Assembly (NCBI GenBank): GCA_026397205.1
Contig: JAPLVH010000006.1
Span: 13,392-77,391 of the forward strand
Reading direction: 5' to 3'
Length of the DNA: 64,000 bases
From: Candidatus Berkelbacteria bacterium
GTDB lineage: Bacteria > Patescibacteriota > UBA1384 > XYA2-FULL-43-10 > CAINNR01
This document shows positions 44,259-54,915 of this stretch, piece after piece. The position numbers were made by a program, and so were the translations under genes. Within the stretch, counting starts at the first letter, position 1, and the number at the start of each line of letters is the position of its first letter. Below the pieces are notes generated by a model. It had not been told where the DNA came from, made no database searches, and saw only the letters and a program-made list of their open reading frames with translations.

Positions 44259-45407
44259 TTACCACCCCGACTTTATTACTTTGCAAATTCTTTTGACATC
44301 GGCTTCGGAAACTTTCATATGAAGCGGCAAGACAAGGTATTTGTCCTCTATCGCATCCATATTTGGAAGATCGTCGCGCCTGGAGCCAAAAATTGAATAA
44401 CGATCATTTCGATAATGGGTTTGGTTTGATTCGATGTGATTTTCCCGCAACTTTTTCTGCAAATCCCAGCGCTTTTCGGCGATAACAGTGCAAAGCCAAG
44501 CGGCGTGTTCGCGATCGCGATAATTGGCGCCGACAACTTTGATGCCGGAAACACCGGCCAACTCCTGTTCATAAATTGCCAAAATTTTTCGCCGATGGGA
44601 AATTATTTTATCAAACTCTTCCAGACCAGCCAATCCCATCGAAGCGGCAATGTCGGTCATCTGGTATTTATAGCCGACTTCTTTGATGTCGTTCTCCCAA
44701 GTTCCCTTCTGTTTCGACGATCGGTCAATACCAAACCAGCGAATCCTCTTTGCTTGATCGAGCAGAGATTCATCTTTTATTGTCAGCATTCCGCCATCGC
44801 CGGTGGTAATGTGTTTTATCGCCTGAAAAGAGAAAGTAGTGAATTCGGAAATCGCACCGATGCTTTTGTTCAAATAAGTCGCGCCGAGTGCTTGAGCGGC
44901 ATCTTCAATAATTGGGATTCCCCAATAATCAGCAATCCGGCGAAGCTCGGTCATGTCGCAAGGCAAACCGCCATAATGGACACAAACAATTGCTTTGGTT
45001 TTGTAATCAACCAATTTTTTGACATGGACGGGATCAATATTCATTGTATCCGGTTGGATATCGGCAAACTTGACTTTCGCCCCCATATAATGAAACGGAA
45101 TGTTGGTTGCGGTGCAAGTGAAAACCGGAACGACGACTTCGTCATCCTTTTTGATGTCGGCCAAAATGTAAGCCAAATGCAAAGCATCAGTGCAGGAGCC
45201 AACGGCCAATGGCGAAAAACCCTTGGCGAATCGAGCAGCGAACTGCTGTTCAAAAAGATCAACTTTCGGCCCCTGACCGATCCATCTGGTTGACAAGGTC
45301 TGACTGACATTTTCAATCGCCTTTTTCGGAATGTAGGGGTGAAAAAGGACAATATTATCATCAACCGGATCAAGAAGTCCCATATCTTTGGTTTTTGTCT
45401 CCGCCAT
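44259..45407 (-). CDS. DegT/DnrJ/EryC1/StrS-family PLP-dependent sugar aminotransferase (ArnB-like)
   Basis: 'GIPIIEDAAQALGA' and PLP-Lys region 'FSFQAIKHITTGDGG'. 382 aa. Confidence 0.8.
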   Translation of the reverse strand: MAETKTKDMGLLDPVDDNIVLFHPYIPKKAIENVSQTLSTRWIGQGPKVDLFEQQFAARFAKGFSPLAVGSCTDALHLAYILADIKKDDEVVVPVFTCTATNIPFHYMGAKVKFADIQPDTMNIDPVHVKKLVDYKTKAIVCVHYGGLPCDMTELRRIADYWGIPIIEDAAQALGATYLNKSIGAISEFTTFSFQAIKHITTGDGGMLTIKDESLLDQAKRIRWFGIDRSSKQKGTWENDIKEVGYKYQMTDIAASMGLAGLEEFDKIISHRRKILAIYEQELAGVSGIKVVGANYRDREHAAWLCTVIAEKRWDLQKKLRENHIESNQTHYRNDRYSIFGSRRDDLPNMDAIEDKYLVLPLHMKVSEADVKRICKVIKSGW

Positions 45408-45419
45408 TTCGTCTCCCGA

Positions 45420-47270
45420 TTATTTTTTAAACACTATGATAAATTTATTACCAATGACTATTTTTTGCAAGAAAAAGTCAAGTGATGAGACAAACACTGC
45501 TAGCGGGTAGAAAAAACGAAGTAAAAAAATCTGCTTCGGATTGACGGCTTTTGTGTTTGTCAACTCGATACTTTTCTTGCCGCGATTATTTATTTTGATC
45601 TGAGAGATATCAATCAGGAGCAGAATTATTTCAGTGAAAAAGTTGGAAAAGGTTTTATAATAATCGGCGGAAAATCCGGCCTGATGGAATCTTTTTTTAA
45701 CCGTATCTGCCGATTCCTCAAACTGGAAACCGCGAATTTTTTTGCCCAGACTGATTTTTTCCCGGATTTTATTTATCAGCCGTCGCCGGTTCCCATCATT
45801 CAAAGTCAGAAGAATCTTGCCCTTCGGTTTTAAAATTTTGCTCAAGCGACGAATTTCAAGATCGGGATTTTTGAAGTAGAAAAAAGTGTCAACAACCGTT
45901 ATCAAATCGAATTTCTGATTTTTAATTTGGCGAAGGTCGGTAAAAAATTTTGGCACCGTTCCTAAAACTTTTTTTGCCTCGACGATTATTTCTTTCTCCG
46001 GCTCAAGGTAAGACCAGCGGTCGCCGTATTTTTGGTATTTCCCGGCAATCGCGCCGGTGCCGGTGCCGATATCCAAACAGTTTGGAAACGTTTTCTCGCC
46101 GGCGAAAAAACGCTTAATTTCCTGAAGTTTCTGCCGTTTGCCAAGATGGTAACGCAAAATCGAATTTTGCCACGGCTCTCCTGTTCGACTATTTGCTTCC
46201 GCGACATTGTAAATTAATCTTATATACTTTTCGGCGCAAAGATCAAGAGCGTAAATACTCTCGGCTGCCGTTCTTCCGCTCCTGCCGATACTTTTTCTTA
46301 ATTTTTCGCTTTCGATTAATTTCTTCAAAACCAAAATCCACTCTTTTTCATCCTTAACCAGAAAACCGTTTTCGCCGTTTTTTATTGCCGTTTTGTTCAG
46401 CCCGACATTGCTGGCGACGGTCGGAATTCCCATGGCGAAATAGACAATCATTTTATAACCCAGCCGCCCCCGGTTAAACGGCGAATTGTCAAGTGGCATT
46501 AGGCCGATGTCAAATTTTCGAAGATTTCCGACTTCGCTTTTTTCTGTCCAAGCGATATTTTCAACCTTTATTTTGTCAAATTTGACCTCATTGCCACCGA
46601 TGTTGTGTAAAACGACATCATTTTTTTCGGCAATTTTATCAAGAACGCTCTTCAAAGACAAAAGGAGATAAGTTGTTGTCGGGCTTCCAAGCCAGCCGAT
46701 AACGATCTGTTTTTTGCTCGGTTTTTTTGCCGGTTGATATTTTTTTGTGTCAATCGGCGCCGAAATAATTTCAAGATTTTTATTAAATTGTTTTGCGTAG
46801 CGCAAAAGATAGGAATTTTCGGCTAAAACATAGGCCGATTTTTTCAGAATTCGGCTCAATAATTTTTTTCGATAGCTGAACAACCAAGCAGAAATCCGGT
46901 TTTTTTTCACTCCCGGATTCGGTTGCCAAATCGCATCATCGAATTCATAAATGATTTTCCGATTAAAAAGTCGCAAAATACTGAACTGCAAAAACGGCAG
47001 GGTGTCCTTTTGGACAACAACGACATCATAACCGAGAGCAGAAATGACATCAATGTAGCGGCGAAAAAAATTTCCAATTAAAACGGCGCCAGTCCTGATT
47101 TTTAAAAAAAAGGGGCTGTCGTTTTGAGAGATAATTTTCAGCTCTTTGGTCAGGAGCGGCTTGACGGAAAATTTCAAACCGGCCTTTTTAAAATTCGGCA
47201 AAAATTGGTAAACCCTGACTCGGCTTGACGGTCCGGTTTCGTCGTATTGGGTCAAAAACAGAACTTTCAT
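45420..47270 (-). CDS. Bifunctional fusion: N-terminal GT4 (GT-B) glycosyltransferase + C-terminal class I SAM methyltransferase
   Basis: GT4 'EGFPLSxxEAxAxGxP'-like region 'GIPTVASNVGLNKTAIKNGENGFLV'. MTase motif I 'CLDIGTGTGAIAG'. Confidence 0.6.
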   Translation of the reverse strand: MKVLFLTQYDETGPSSRVRVYQFLPNFKKAGLKFSVKPLLTKELKIISQNDSPFFLKIRTGAVLIGNFFRRYIDVISALGYDVVVVQKDTLPFLQFSILRLFNRKIIYEFDDAIWQPNPGVKKNRISAWLFSYRKKLLSRILKKSAYVLAENSYLLRYAKQFNKNLEIISAPIDTKKYQPAKKPSKKQIVIGWLGSPTTTYLLLSLKSVLDKIAEKNDVVLHNIGGNEVKFDKIKVENIAWTEKSEVGNLRKFDIGLMPLDNSPFNRGRLGYKMIVYFAMGIPTVASNVGLNKTAIKNGENGFLVKDEKEWILVLKKLIESEKLRKSIGRSGRTAAESIYALDLCAEKYIRLIYNVAEANSRTGEPWQNSILRYHLGKRQKLQEIKRFFAGEKTFPNCLDIGTGTGAIAGKYQKYGDRWSYLEPEKEIIVEAKKVLGTVPKFFTDLRQIKNQKFDLITVVDTFFYFKNPDLEIRRLSKILKPKGKILLTLNDGNRRRLINKIREKISLGKKIRGFQFEESADTVKKRFHQAGFSADYYKTFSNFFTEIILLLIDISQIKINNRGKKSIELTNTKAVNPKQIFLLRFFYPLAVFVSSLDFFLQKIVIGNKFIIVFKK

Positions 47271-48244
47271 TTCTTTTTGATTATTTTTTTGATGACATAG
47301 GGTTTTTTATTTTGCGATTCGTAGTAGGTCCGCATCATAAGCTCGGCTAAAATTCCGGTTAGAATTAATTGGATGCCGACGATTAAAAACATCATCGAAA
47401 TTGTCGGTAGCGGCGTTCGGCTGATGGAGATATCGGAGATGATTTTTAAAAGTAGCGACCAAATTGCGAAGCCAATGCTTAAAGCGATGGCATAAAATCC
47501 GTACTTGCCGAAAAAATGCATCGGCCGGCTCATATATTTATGGAGAAATTTCAAAACCTGCAAATCAAGAATTACCTTAAAAATTCTCGAAAATCCGTAT
47601 TTGCTTTTGCCGGCAACTCTAGACCGGTGATTGACGACAACTTCGGTGACCCGACCACCGGACCAAAGGGCATAGACGGAAATGAAGCGGTGCATTTCGC
47701 CGTAAAGTTGAACGCCGGCGATAACATCGCGACGATATGCTTTTAATGAGCAGCCGTTGTCGTGGATTTCGACGCCGGAGGACCAGCGGATAATCCAGTT
47801 GGCGATTTTTGACAGCAGAACGCGGATGAATGCGTCACGGCGATTTTTTCGCCAGCCGGAAACGACAGAATAGCCCTCTTCGATTTTTTCGACTAATTTC
47901 GGAATGTCAGCTGGATCATTTTGCCGGTCGCCATCCATCGGAATAATAATTTCGCCACGCGACTCAACGATGCCGGCCGACAGCGCCGCCGTCTGGCCAA
48001 AATTACGCTCGAAATCAATGACAGTAACTCTTTTGTCTTTACTGGCAAGTTGATTTAAAATCCGAAGCGAATTATCAGTCGAGAAATCATTAACGAAAAT
48101 GATTTCATAACTCCGATCGGTTAATAAAAAAACTTGTCGAATTTCGTCATAAAGTTCTTCGATATTTTCCGCTTCGTTATAAACAGGAATAATAATTGAA
48201 ATGTCAATTTTTGCCATTTCTTCTTCGCTTTTCTTTATTTTCAC
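47267..48244 (-). CDS. GT2 polyprenyl-phosphate sugar transferase (DPM1/ArnC-like) with C-terminal TM helices
   Basis: 'ISIIIPVYNEAENI...IIFVNDFSTDNS...IPMDGDRQNDP' DXD motif. Two C-terminal TM segments. Confidence 0.7.
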   Translation of the reverse strand: MKIKKSEEEMAKIDISIIIPVYNEAENIEELYDEIRQVFLLTDRSYEIIFVNDFSTDNSLRILNQLASKDKRVTVIDFERNFGQTAALSAGIVESRGEIIIPMDGDRQNDPADIPKLVEKIEEGYSVVSGWRKNRRDAFIRVLLSKIANWIIRWSSGVEIHDNGCSLKAYRRDVIAGVQLYGEMHRFISVYALWSGGRVTEVVVNHRSRVAGKSKYGFSRIFKVILDLQVLKFLHKYMSRPMHFFGKYGFYAIALSIGFAIWSLLLKIISDISISRTPLPTISMMFLIVGIQLILTGILAELMMRTYYESQNKKPYVIKKIIKKK

Positions 48245-49616
48245 TCTTCCAGGGACCGATCAAAACAATTGTTGCAATTAAAAGGAGAATGAAAATTATG
48301 TTTTCTAGGTTTCTTTGGACCACAACATAATCGGTCTGGCTAAGAATCGCAATGGCAAAAACTAAAATTGCGATCAGTGTTGCAATAAAACGAATTGAAA
48401 AACGGCGATAAACCACAAAGAAAAGGAAAATTGTTGTTGCCAGAAAAGGAAAATCAATTATCGAAGAAAAATAATTATTAGTTCGAATAACCAAAAGTCC
48501 ACTGACAATCGAGAAGTAGATTACAATTTCTGCCGGAACTTGGCGAACAAAAAGTCGAAACCATTGCCAAAGATTAAAAATTTCTGCCGGCAAATTGATA
48601 ATGAACGGCCTAATTTTCGACCAAAAATATATTGCAACTCCCAAACCAATTAAAACCAATGAAACTAAACTGTATTTCGAACTTCTGGCGCTATTGCCAG
48701 GGTCGGTTGAATCATAAGCCCCGGAGTGACTAACAACATTAAAATAATGCGGCAGATTAAGATTTACTGTTGGCGTCACACTTGACGACCAACTTTCGCC
48801 ATCATAAAAGACACCACTGGTGACAATTTCTTTTTTTGATTGATTACTGCCGAGAGCTAAATTCCGTTCCGAGCGAATAAAAGCAAAGCTGTTTTCCGGC
48901 AAACCAATCTCCACCTGGCTGCCCTTGACTGACATTTTTACATCAGAATCAGAAATCACTCTTGAAAATTGATTTAGAGAGCTAATATTTTTAGTGACAA
49001 AAACAGCACGATCAATTTTATAGTTTGTATCAAGCGGCTTGATTCCGGCAAACTGGTTCGAATCACTATGAAAATTTTTCAGGCGATAAAACTGGCCGAA
49101 GCTCTGATCGGTATCATATTCTCCGCCGTTAATTACCAGTCGGTGGTTGATCGGAGCCGAACCGTCGAAGGAGACATAAAGATCATAATTTTGATCTGTT
49201 GCGTAACGGACAAATTTCTGATAATCGGGATCGGAGAAAAGATTGGAAAAATCGGCCGCCAGCGGATCTTTGGTGTCAATTGTGCCGACACCGGCAAGAA
49301 AGTGATCCGGATCGGAAGACCAGAAAAGGTTGCAGTCGGCAAAGTTCTGTGGCCAAATCGTCGAGGAGATGTAAAAATTTCGGACACCGGGTTGATAGTC
49401 GGCAACAATTTTTGCCGAATTGGCAATCACATTGTCATTTTCAGCATCTGCCGCCTCCGGAGAGTCGTCAGTTGTTGGCGAATAGTTAACGGCAATTATT
49501 TCACTTGAACCTAAATTTAATACCGCCGGTGAAGTTTTTAAATAATAACGAAGCCAGAGCCCGATAATAGTCAGAACCAAAACTGCCAAAAATATTATTC
49601 TGGTTTTAATCCTCAT
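48204..49616 (-). CDS. Hypothetical membrane protein (N-terminal TM, large extracytoplasmic domain, C-terminal TM bundle)
   Basis: 470 aa; no recognised domain. Confidence 0.4.
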   Translation of the reverse strand: MRIKTRIIFLAVLVLTIIGLWLRYYLKTSPAVLNLGSSEIIAVNYSPTTDDSPEAADAENDNVIANSAKIVADYQPGVRNFYISSTIWPQNFADCNLFWSSDPDHFLAGVGTIDTKDPLAADFSNLFSDPDYQKFVRYATDQNYDLYVSFDGSAPINHRLVINGGEYDTDQSFGQFYRLKNFHSDSNQFAGIKPLDTNYKIDRAVFVTKNISSLNQFSRVISDSDVKMSVKGSQVEIGLPENSFAFIRSERNLALGSNQSKKEIVTSGVFYDGESWSSSVTPTVNLNLPHYFNVVSHSGAYDSTDPGNSARSSKYSLVSLVLIGLGVAIYFWSKIRPFIINLPAEIFNLWQWFRLFVRQVPAEIVIYFSIVSGLLVIRTNNYFSSIIDFPFLATTIFLFFVVYRRFSIRFIATLIAILVFAIAILSQTDYVVVQRNLENIIFILLLIATIVLIGPWKSENKEKRRRNGKN

Positions 49617-52315
49617 TTTTTCCTCCGACGAAAAGATACGATAAATGGTATCACAAGAAGAAAAGCCAAGGACAAAACCTCGCCGATTGTTTCGAATTTT
49701 TGCGGCTCAAATTCAAGATAGAACACGGCTGATTTTTTGCCGCTGGAATCAATTTTGATCAAGCCAGCTTTTTGTAAATCGCTGACTTTAATCGAAAAAC
49801 CGTTGGCATAGCCGTCGGAAACGAAATGCTGGTCGTCAGCAACAATTGGCTTTGAAAACAAGCCGCCAGAATTTCTCAGTTGCCAGTAGTAATTAAAACC
49901 GTCGAGAAAGTTTAGGACAAAGTCGTCGCTGATGTTGTCGGCAGTAATTCGAAAACCGGTTTCAGATAGCTTATCAAAGGTGATTTTCGGCGGTTGATTT
50001 TTCGGCAACTCCTCATCAACCTGAACAAACAGCGGAACAAGACCGCTCTCGACTTGAAAAATGCTAACGCCGTTATCTAATTTTATTCCGCCGATCTTCT
50101 TCAGAGAGTTGGAGCTTGCAGACAGTGTGTAATTTGAATCGTTTATCTTAAAATTTTCACTGCTTCCGGGCGAGGAACTTTGGAACCAGACAGTCATGTT
50201 TTCACCGCCATTTTCGGCGTAGACCAAATAGCGACCGGCGTTACTCTCAAGGAAACTGGCTTTTTTAAGCTGGGTTAGTGCTTTGTCATTTTCTTCGCGC
50301 AAACCGTTGTCAAGCATTTTATTTTTATTCTGCTCATTCAGCCACCAAATTGTCATTGGAATTTTTTCGCTCAAATCCTTAAGAGAAAAAAATTGATAAA
50401 TCCTGGGATTAGTTGAAACATATTTCGAGAAGGATGTGTCCTGATAGTTAAATGTGAGGGCGGTTTTGTCGCCGAATAAATTATTTAAATTGATCAAATT
50501 ACCGATCTGATAAAAATCATTAACGGAAATTATTTGGTCGGAAATGAAATTGGCCAATATTTTTTGAAAATTTGATTTAATTTCGACCGGTCCGGACATC
50601 GAATCAATTAAATTTGTCTGCGGCAAAAATTTGACGGCAAAAATATCGCCGCTGTCATAGTAGACCTCCACTTTGCCACTTGCCACTAGAGCTTTTAATT
50701 TCGACTCAAAGTCGGTTTCTTGCTTTGTGTCCCAATCATAAATCTGCATATCGCGACGGATGACGATAAGATCGCTACCGGTAATTTTCATCAACGACAG
50801 CAAACTCCCGACATCCTGATTCTTTACCGCTTCAGTTAATTGATAGATTATTTCCGACGGCACCGCTTGACCACGGCTGGAGATGCTGATAACGCCGGGA
50901 ACGGAAGAAAAACTCGGATAAACATCAGCAATTTCATTAAAGGCGCCAGAGAATTTTTGATCGTCGGTTAAAGAAAGTTTGCCGCCAATCGGCAAATAAA
51001 GTGCCCGACTGATCTCTTTATCGTTTGAAACTTTAGCGTCAAATTGATCATAATCGCTCGGCCAGACTTTAGTTCGAAAACGAAAATCGTAATCTTGAGT
51101 ATTGCCGGAAAAAAGCTTTCCAGTCCAAAACGGTATAATATTCAAAAACAGAATAAGAAAAATAATGGCGATATAAATTTTTTTGCCCCGCCAGAGAAAA
51201 ATATTATCCAAAGTAATTCCGATCATTGCTACCAGGGAGAATGTTGATAATGTGGTAAACCGAGCGACATCGCGAATCAAATTCGAAAACGGCAATTTGG
51301 CAACAGTATTTCTATCAACAGAGAAAAGTAAAACCAAGGTCAAGAAAAGCAAAATCAAGTAACCAAGGTGACGACGAAATTTCCGCCAATAAAAAAGAGC
51401 GGAAAAACCGAGTAGTGGAGTGATATAGGCCAGTGGCCAAAGGACATTGGGATAACTATCCTCAAACTGGTAGTTAAATAAACTGCCCCAAAGTTTGATG
51501 ATGTTTGATGAGTAAAGCCGATAGGAAGTGCCGACGCTATCGGCTCCCCAAACCAGAGCGCTACCGGTCACTGCCTTGTCCGGCATAAGCAGAAGCGACG
51601 GCAACCAATACAAATTTAGGAGAAAAAAGGTAGTGAAGGTCACAAATCCGTATTTTAAACCAAGAAAGAAAAGCTCCTTGCCCCGACAATATCCGATAAT
51701 GACAAAGAAAAGTGTCAGCGGATACCAGATCAAGGTTTGTGATTGGATCATCGCTAGAGCAAAAATCAGGCCGGCCAGAACTGCCTGACGGGAGTTTCTT
51801 TGATCAACTGCCTGAATAAAAAAGTAGATAAACAGTGGTAAAAGGGCCAAAGCAAAGAGAACATAAATCCAGCCCATCAAGGCATAATCAAAAAAAATCG
51901 GGCTGAAAATAAAGACCAAGCCGGCTATCATTGCCGGAATCGGTCGAAGACCGATTTTGCCAAGAAAAAGTCGCATGTTGGCGGCGGCGGCGGCAAAAAT
52001 TACCAGTAAAAATAATTTCACTGTCAGTGAGATCGAAACGCCGAGGAGTGCCAAAAGATATGCCGGACCAAAAAAGATAATTGATGTTGGCGCTAACTGG
52101 CGAGTACCAAAAAGCTGACCGGCATGAGTCCAAGACGACAAAAGAGAAGTGAAAGAAACCTTAAGTTGAGAAAAATTCGCCGGCATTCCCCAATCGCCGC
52201 CAGAGATCGAACCGGGCATAATAAACAATTTGAAAAGCACGGCAAAAGATACCAGCAAATAAAATAAAAAATACCAGCGATAATTTGTCAGGAATTTTTC
52301 TTTGAAATTTTCCAT
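49613..52315 (-). CDS. Large (about 900 aa) polytopic membrane protein with an extracytoplasmic C-terminal domain and a terminal TM anchor (GT-C-like candidate). Likely start M at 52315; the tool start is 52399.
   Basis: About 13 TM helices at the N-terminus, a long soluble domain, final TM 'LSLAFLLVIPFIVSFRRRKK'. Confidence 0.45.
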   Translation of the reverse strand: MENFKEKFLTNYRWYFLFYLLVSFAVLFKLFIMPGSISGGDWGMPANFSQLKVSFTSLLSSWTHAGQLFGTRQLAPTSIIFFGPAYLLALLGVSISLTVKLFLLVIFAAAAANMRLFLGKIGLRPIPAMIAGLVFIFSPIFFDYALMGWIYVLFALALLPLFIYFFIQAVDQRNSRQAVLAGLIFALAMIQSQTLIWYPLTLFFVIIGYCRGKELFFLGLKYGFVTFTTFFLLNLYWLPSLLLMPDKAVTGSALVWGADSVGTSYRLYSSNIIKLWGSLFNYQFEDSYPNVLWPLAYITPLLGFSALFYWRKFRRHLGYLILLFLTLVLLFSVDRNTVAKLPFSNLIRDVARFTTLSTFSLVAMIGITLDNIFLWRGKKIYIAIIFLILFLNIIPFWTGKLFSGNTQDYDFRFRTKVWPSDYDQFDAKVSNDKEISRALYLPIGGKLSLTDDQKFSGAFNEIADVYPSFSSVPGVISISSRGQAVPSEIIYQLTEAVKNQDVGSLLSLMKITGSDLIVIRRDMQIYDWDTKQETDFESKLKALVASGKVEVYYDSGDIFAVKFLPQTNLIDSMSGPVEIKSNFQKILANFISDQIISVNDFYQIGNLINLNNLFGDKTALTFNYQDTSFSKYVSTNPRIYQFFSLKDLSEKIPMTIWWLNEQNKNKMLDNGLREENDKALTQLKKASFLESNAGRYLVYAENGGENMTVWFQSSSPGSSENFKINDSNYTLSASSNSLKKIGGIKLDNGVSIFQVESGLVPLFVQVDEELPKNQPPKITFDKLSETGFRITADNISDDFVLNFLDGFNYYWQLRNSGGLFSKPIVADDQHFVSDGYANGFSIKVSDLQKAGLIKIDSSGKKSAVFYLEFEPQKFETIGEVLSLAFLLVIPFIVSFRRRKK

Positions 52316-52328
52316 CGTTTGCCAAAAT

Positions 52329-53282
52329 TTATACTCTCTGATAGCCAAAGATAAATCCACGAATTGAAAACAGCAAACTGATAAAAAGCAAATAGACATT
52401 TAGAAACGGCAAAAGCAAAATTCGCCAGTTTTTATATTCAGCCAGGAACATCAGCTTGGTGTAATAAAAAGCATATACTATTATGAGCGCAATTCCAAGA
52501 GGACGCAAATACGGCACCAACAGCGAGATCAAAAGAAGCTCGCGGAAAAAAGCACTAACGATTTGTTTTGGGGACTGAATGACTCCAAGTCGCAGCATTA
52601 CTCCTTGGGCCTCGGAATACTGGCACTGTTTTTTGATGATGTCACTAAGTGAAAATTTTTTGTCATCGCGGTGAAGATGGATAATCTCCGCCTCAGACGG
52701 AACGATTCTGCCGATTTTTTTCAAGCGGTTGATAATCTCGCCATCTTCGCCGGCGGTCCGAAAATTTTTCTGATCGAAACCGCCGATTTTCAGCAGTGAC
52801 GACTTTCGGAAACAATCAAATTTGCCGTCGAGTCCGGAGTATTTTTTTCCGACTAGTCGCGAGAAAAAAACTTTCTGCCAGAAATTATATTTTTGCCAAA
52901 CTTCTTTTGGATGCAAAACATTGTGGTAAGCGGCGACGATTTCCGGCTGATCTTTTTCGAATGGCTCGATCAATTTTGATAGCGAATTTTTTTTGAATAT
53001 CACATCTTGGTGGAGTGTCACAATCAACTCCGACTTTGATTTTTTGATTCCCTCGTTATAACTCGCCGCCAGCCCAATCGGTTTTTTGTGATTGATAATC
53101 GTCGCATTTTTAAGTTTTTTCGACTTAACAAAACCAGAAATAATTTTAAATGAGTCATCGCGAGAGCCGTCGTTGATTAAAAAAATTTCATCAATTTTGA
53201 TGCTTTGTTTAACCAAACTGTCTAAAGTTTTCTCAATTGTCGAAGCGCCGTTATAAATCGGCACGAGGATGCTGATCGTCAT
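52329..53282 (-). CDS. GT2 family glycosyltransferase. Likely start M at 53282; the tool start is 53318.
   Basis: 'MTISILVPIYNGASTIEKTLDSLVKQS...IFLINDGSRDDS', DxD 'HQD'-region. Confidence 0.7.
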   Translation of the reverse strand: MTISILVPIYNGASTIEKTLDSLVKQSIKIDEIFLINDGSRDDSFKIISGFVKSKKLKNATIINHKKPIGLAASYNEGIKKSKSELIVTLHQDVIFKKNSLSKLIEPFEKDQPEIVAAYHNVLHPKEVWQKYNFWQKVFFSRLVGKKYSGLDGKFDCFRKSSLLKIGGFDQKNFRTAGEDGEIINRLKKIGRIVPSEAEIIHLHRDDKKFSLSDIIKKQCQYSEAQGVMLRLGVIQSPKQIVSAFFRELLLISLLVPYLRPLGIALIIVYAFYYTKLMFLAEYKNWRILLLPFLNVYLLFISLLFSIRGFIFGYQRV

Positions 53283-53283
53283 A

Positions 53284-53955
53284 TTACTTTTTTTTGACGC
53301 TGAAAAGTTCGAAAGCACCGGCAGGAAAACGATAAGTGAAAAATTGCGACAATGATGCGATAATAAACCAGAATGTCCGTGGTTTCAAGCGAATTGATGA
53401 AGTCAGATCATCGCCCATCGTATCATTTTCGACTTCCTGACGGAGAAATTTAACACCGGCGAGTCCGTGACTTTTGAACCCAAGCGATTTCATTTTAGCA
53501 AAATCCCAACCGGAAAGATGTTTTTGCCAAGGATTGTTATCAACCGCTTTCTGTTTAATAAAACCGTTTGGCGAGGTGATAATGACTTTTTTCTTCGCCC
53601 ATTTCTCCGCCAGTTTGATGATTTTTCGGCCGACCGGGGACGGCAAATGTTCCAAAACCTCGATCATAATCACGGCATCAAAGGAATTTTCCGGAAAATC
53701 CAAATCCTCAATCTTTTTTTTCAAATATCGGCTGTGAATTTTTTTCGCCTTCGATTCCGCCAAATAGCGGTCGAAAATTTCAACGCCGACGCTCTCCTTT
53801 ACATTTTGGCAAAACTGAAGCGGTGACGACGGACCGCAACCCAAATCCAGAACACTCCGGCAATCCTTTAGTTCGCGTCGCAAGCAATAGACGACGGTCG
53901 GAAAAAAGGAGTTGATTATTCGGTTATGATAAAGTTTGGCAATTAGTTTTTTCAT
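53284..53955 (-). CDS. Class I SAM-dependent methyltransferase
   Basis: Motif I 'VLDLGCGPSSP', motif II 'FDAVIMIEVLEHL'. Confidence 0.6.
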   Translation of the reverse strand: MKKLIAKLYHNRIINSFFPTVVYCLRRELKDCRSVLDLGCGPSSPLQFCQNVKESVGVEIFDRYLAESKAKKIHSRYLKKKIEDLDFPENSFDAVIMIEVLEHLPSPVGRKIIKLAEKWAKKKVIITSPNGFIKQKAVDNNPWQKHLSGWDFAKMKSLGFKSHGLAGVKFLRQEVENDTMGDDLTSSIRLKPRTFWFIIASLSQFFTYRFPAGAFELFSVKKK

Positions 53956-54012
53956 CCGGTAAATAAATTAATTCGAGTCAATTTCCTTGAATTCAATCTA
54001 TCTTTGTACCAA

Positions 54013-54915
54013 TCAACCAGCGGAATTAGAATTGGCCGCGGTGTGATCGCCAATCCGAGAAAGTAAAACCAAAATCGAGCTGACAAAAGATTTTTCGGCC
54101 GATACTTCAAAAGCGTCCGGGCTTCGCGCAAAAAGATCCGATACTTGGTTTTGATAACGTTTGCCGGCAAAAACCGTCTTGAACATCCTGACCCAAGTAA
54201 ATGTTGGCGACGGCTGATAAATTGATGACAGAGATCGGGTTTGCGACGACAAAATTCGGACGGCTAAAATATAATCTTTAAGAAATACCGCTTTGTGTTT
54301 TTTGAAAATCGACATAAAAGGATAAATGTGAGCCGGAAAGATGTCCGGATGAATCGGCAAGTCCATCCAATCGCGCCGGTAACAGAGGCCAGAGAGTTGG
54401 CCGACCGATTCGATGACTTTTTCAAAAACCTGCCGACCGTCGCTGGCGGAGATTAAACGGTCGGCCGATTCGTCGAGCGGCCGGACAACCCGAACGGCAG
54501 AGTTGACATCATTCTGCTCAAACCAATAATACGGTCGAGTGACGACACCGACATCTTTGTCCATTTTAAAAGCGACAAGAGTTTTTTCCAGCGCTTGCGA
54601 TGACAAAATGTCGTCGTTGCCCATCAAATAAATATATTTCCCTGACGCCAGCTGCCGGCAACGCTCCAAATTACCCGAATAGCCGAGGTTTTTTTCGTTC
54701 CGGAAATATTTAATTCGCCGATCTTTTTTTTGCCAGTTTTTGATCACTTTCTCCGTGTCATCCGGCGAACAATCATCAACGATAATGAGTTCAAAATCGC
54801 TGAAAGTTTGATCCAAAATACTTTTGATCGTCGCGCCAATTATTCCGGCTGACTTATATGCCGGAATCAAAACGGAAAAAGTTGGTTTCGATATTTTCTT
54901 TTTGACATTCGTCAT
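54013..54915 (-). CDS. GT2 family glycosyltransferase
   Basis: 'FSVLIPAYKSAGIIGATIKSILDQTFSDFELIIVDDCSPDDT', 'YLMGNDDIL'. Confidence 0.7.
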   Translation of the reverse strand: MTNVKKKISKPTFSVLIPAYKSAGIIGATIKSILDQTFSDFELIIVDDCSPDDTEKVIKNWQKKDRRIKYFRNEKNLGYSGNLERCRQLASGKYIYLMGNDDILSSQALEKTLVAFKMDKDVGVVTRPYYWFEQNDVNSAVRVVRPLDESADRLISASDGRQVFEKVIESVGQLSGLCYRRDWMDLPIHPDIFPAHIYPFMSIFKKHKAVFLKDYILAVRILSSQTRSLSSIYQPSPTFTWVRMFKTVFAGKRYQNQVSDLFARSPDAFEVSAEKSFVSSILVLLSRIGDHTAANSNSAG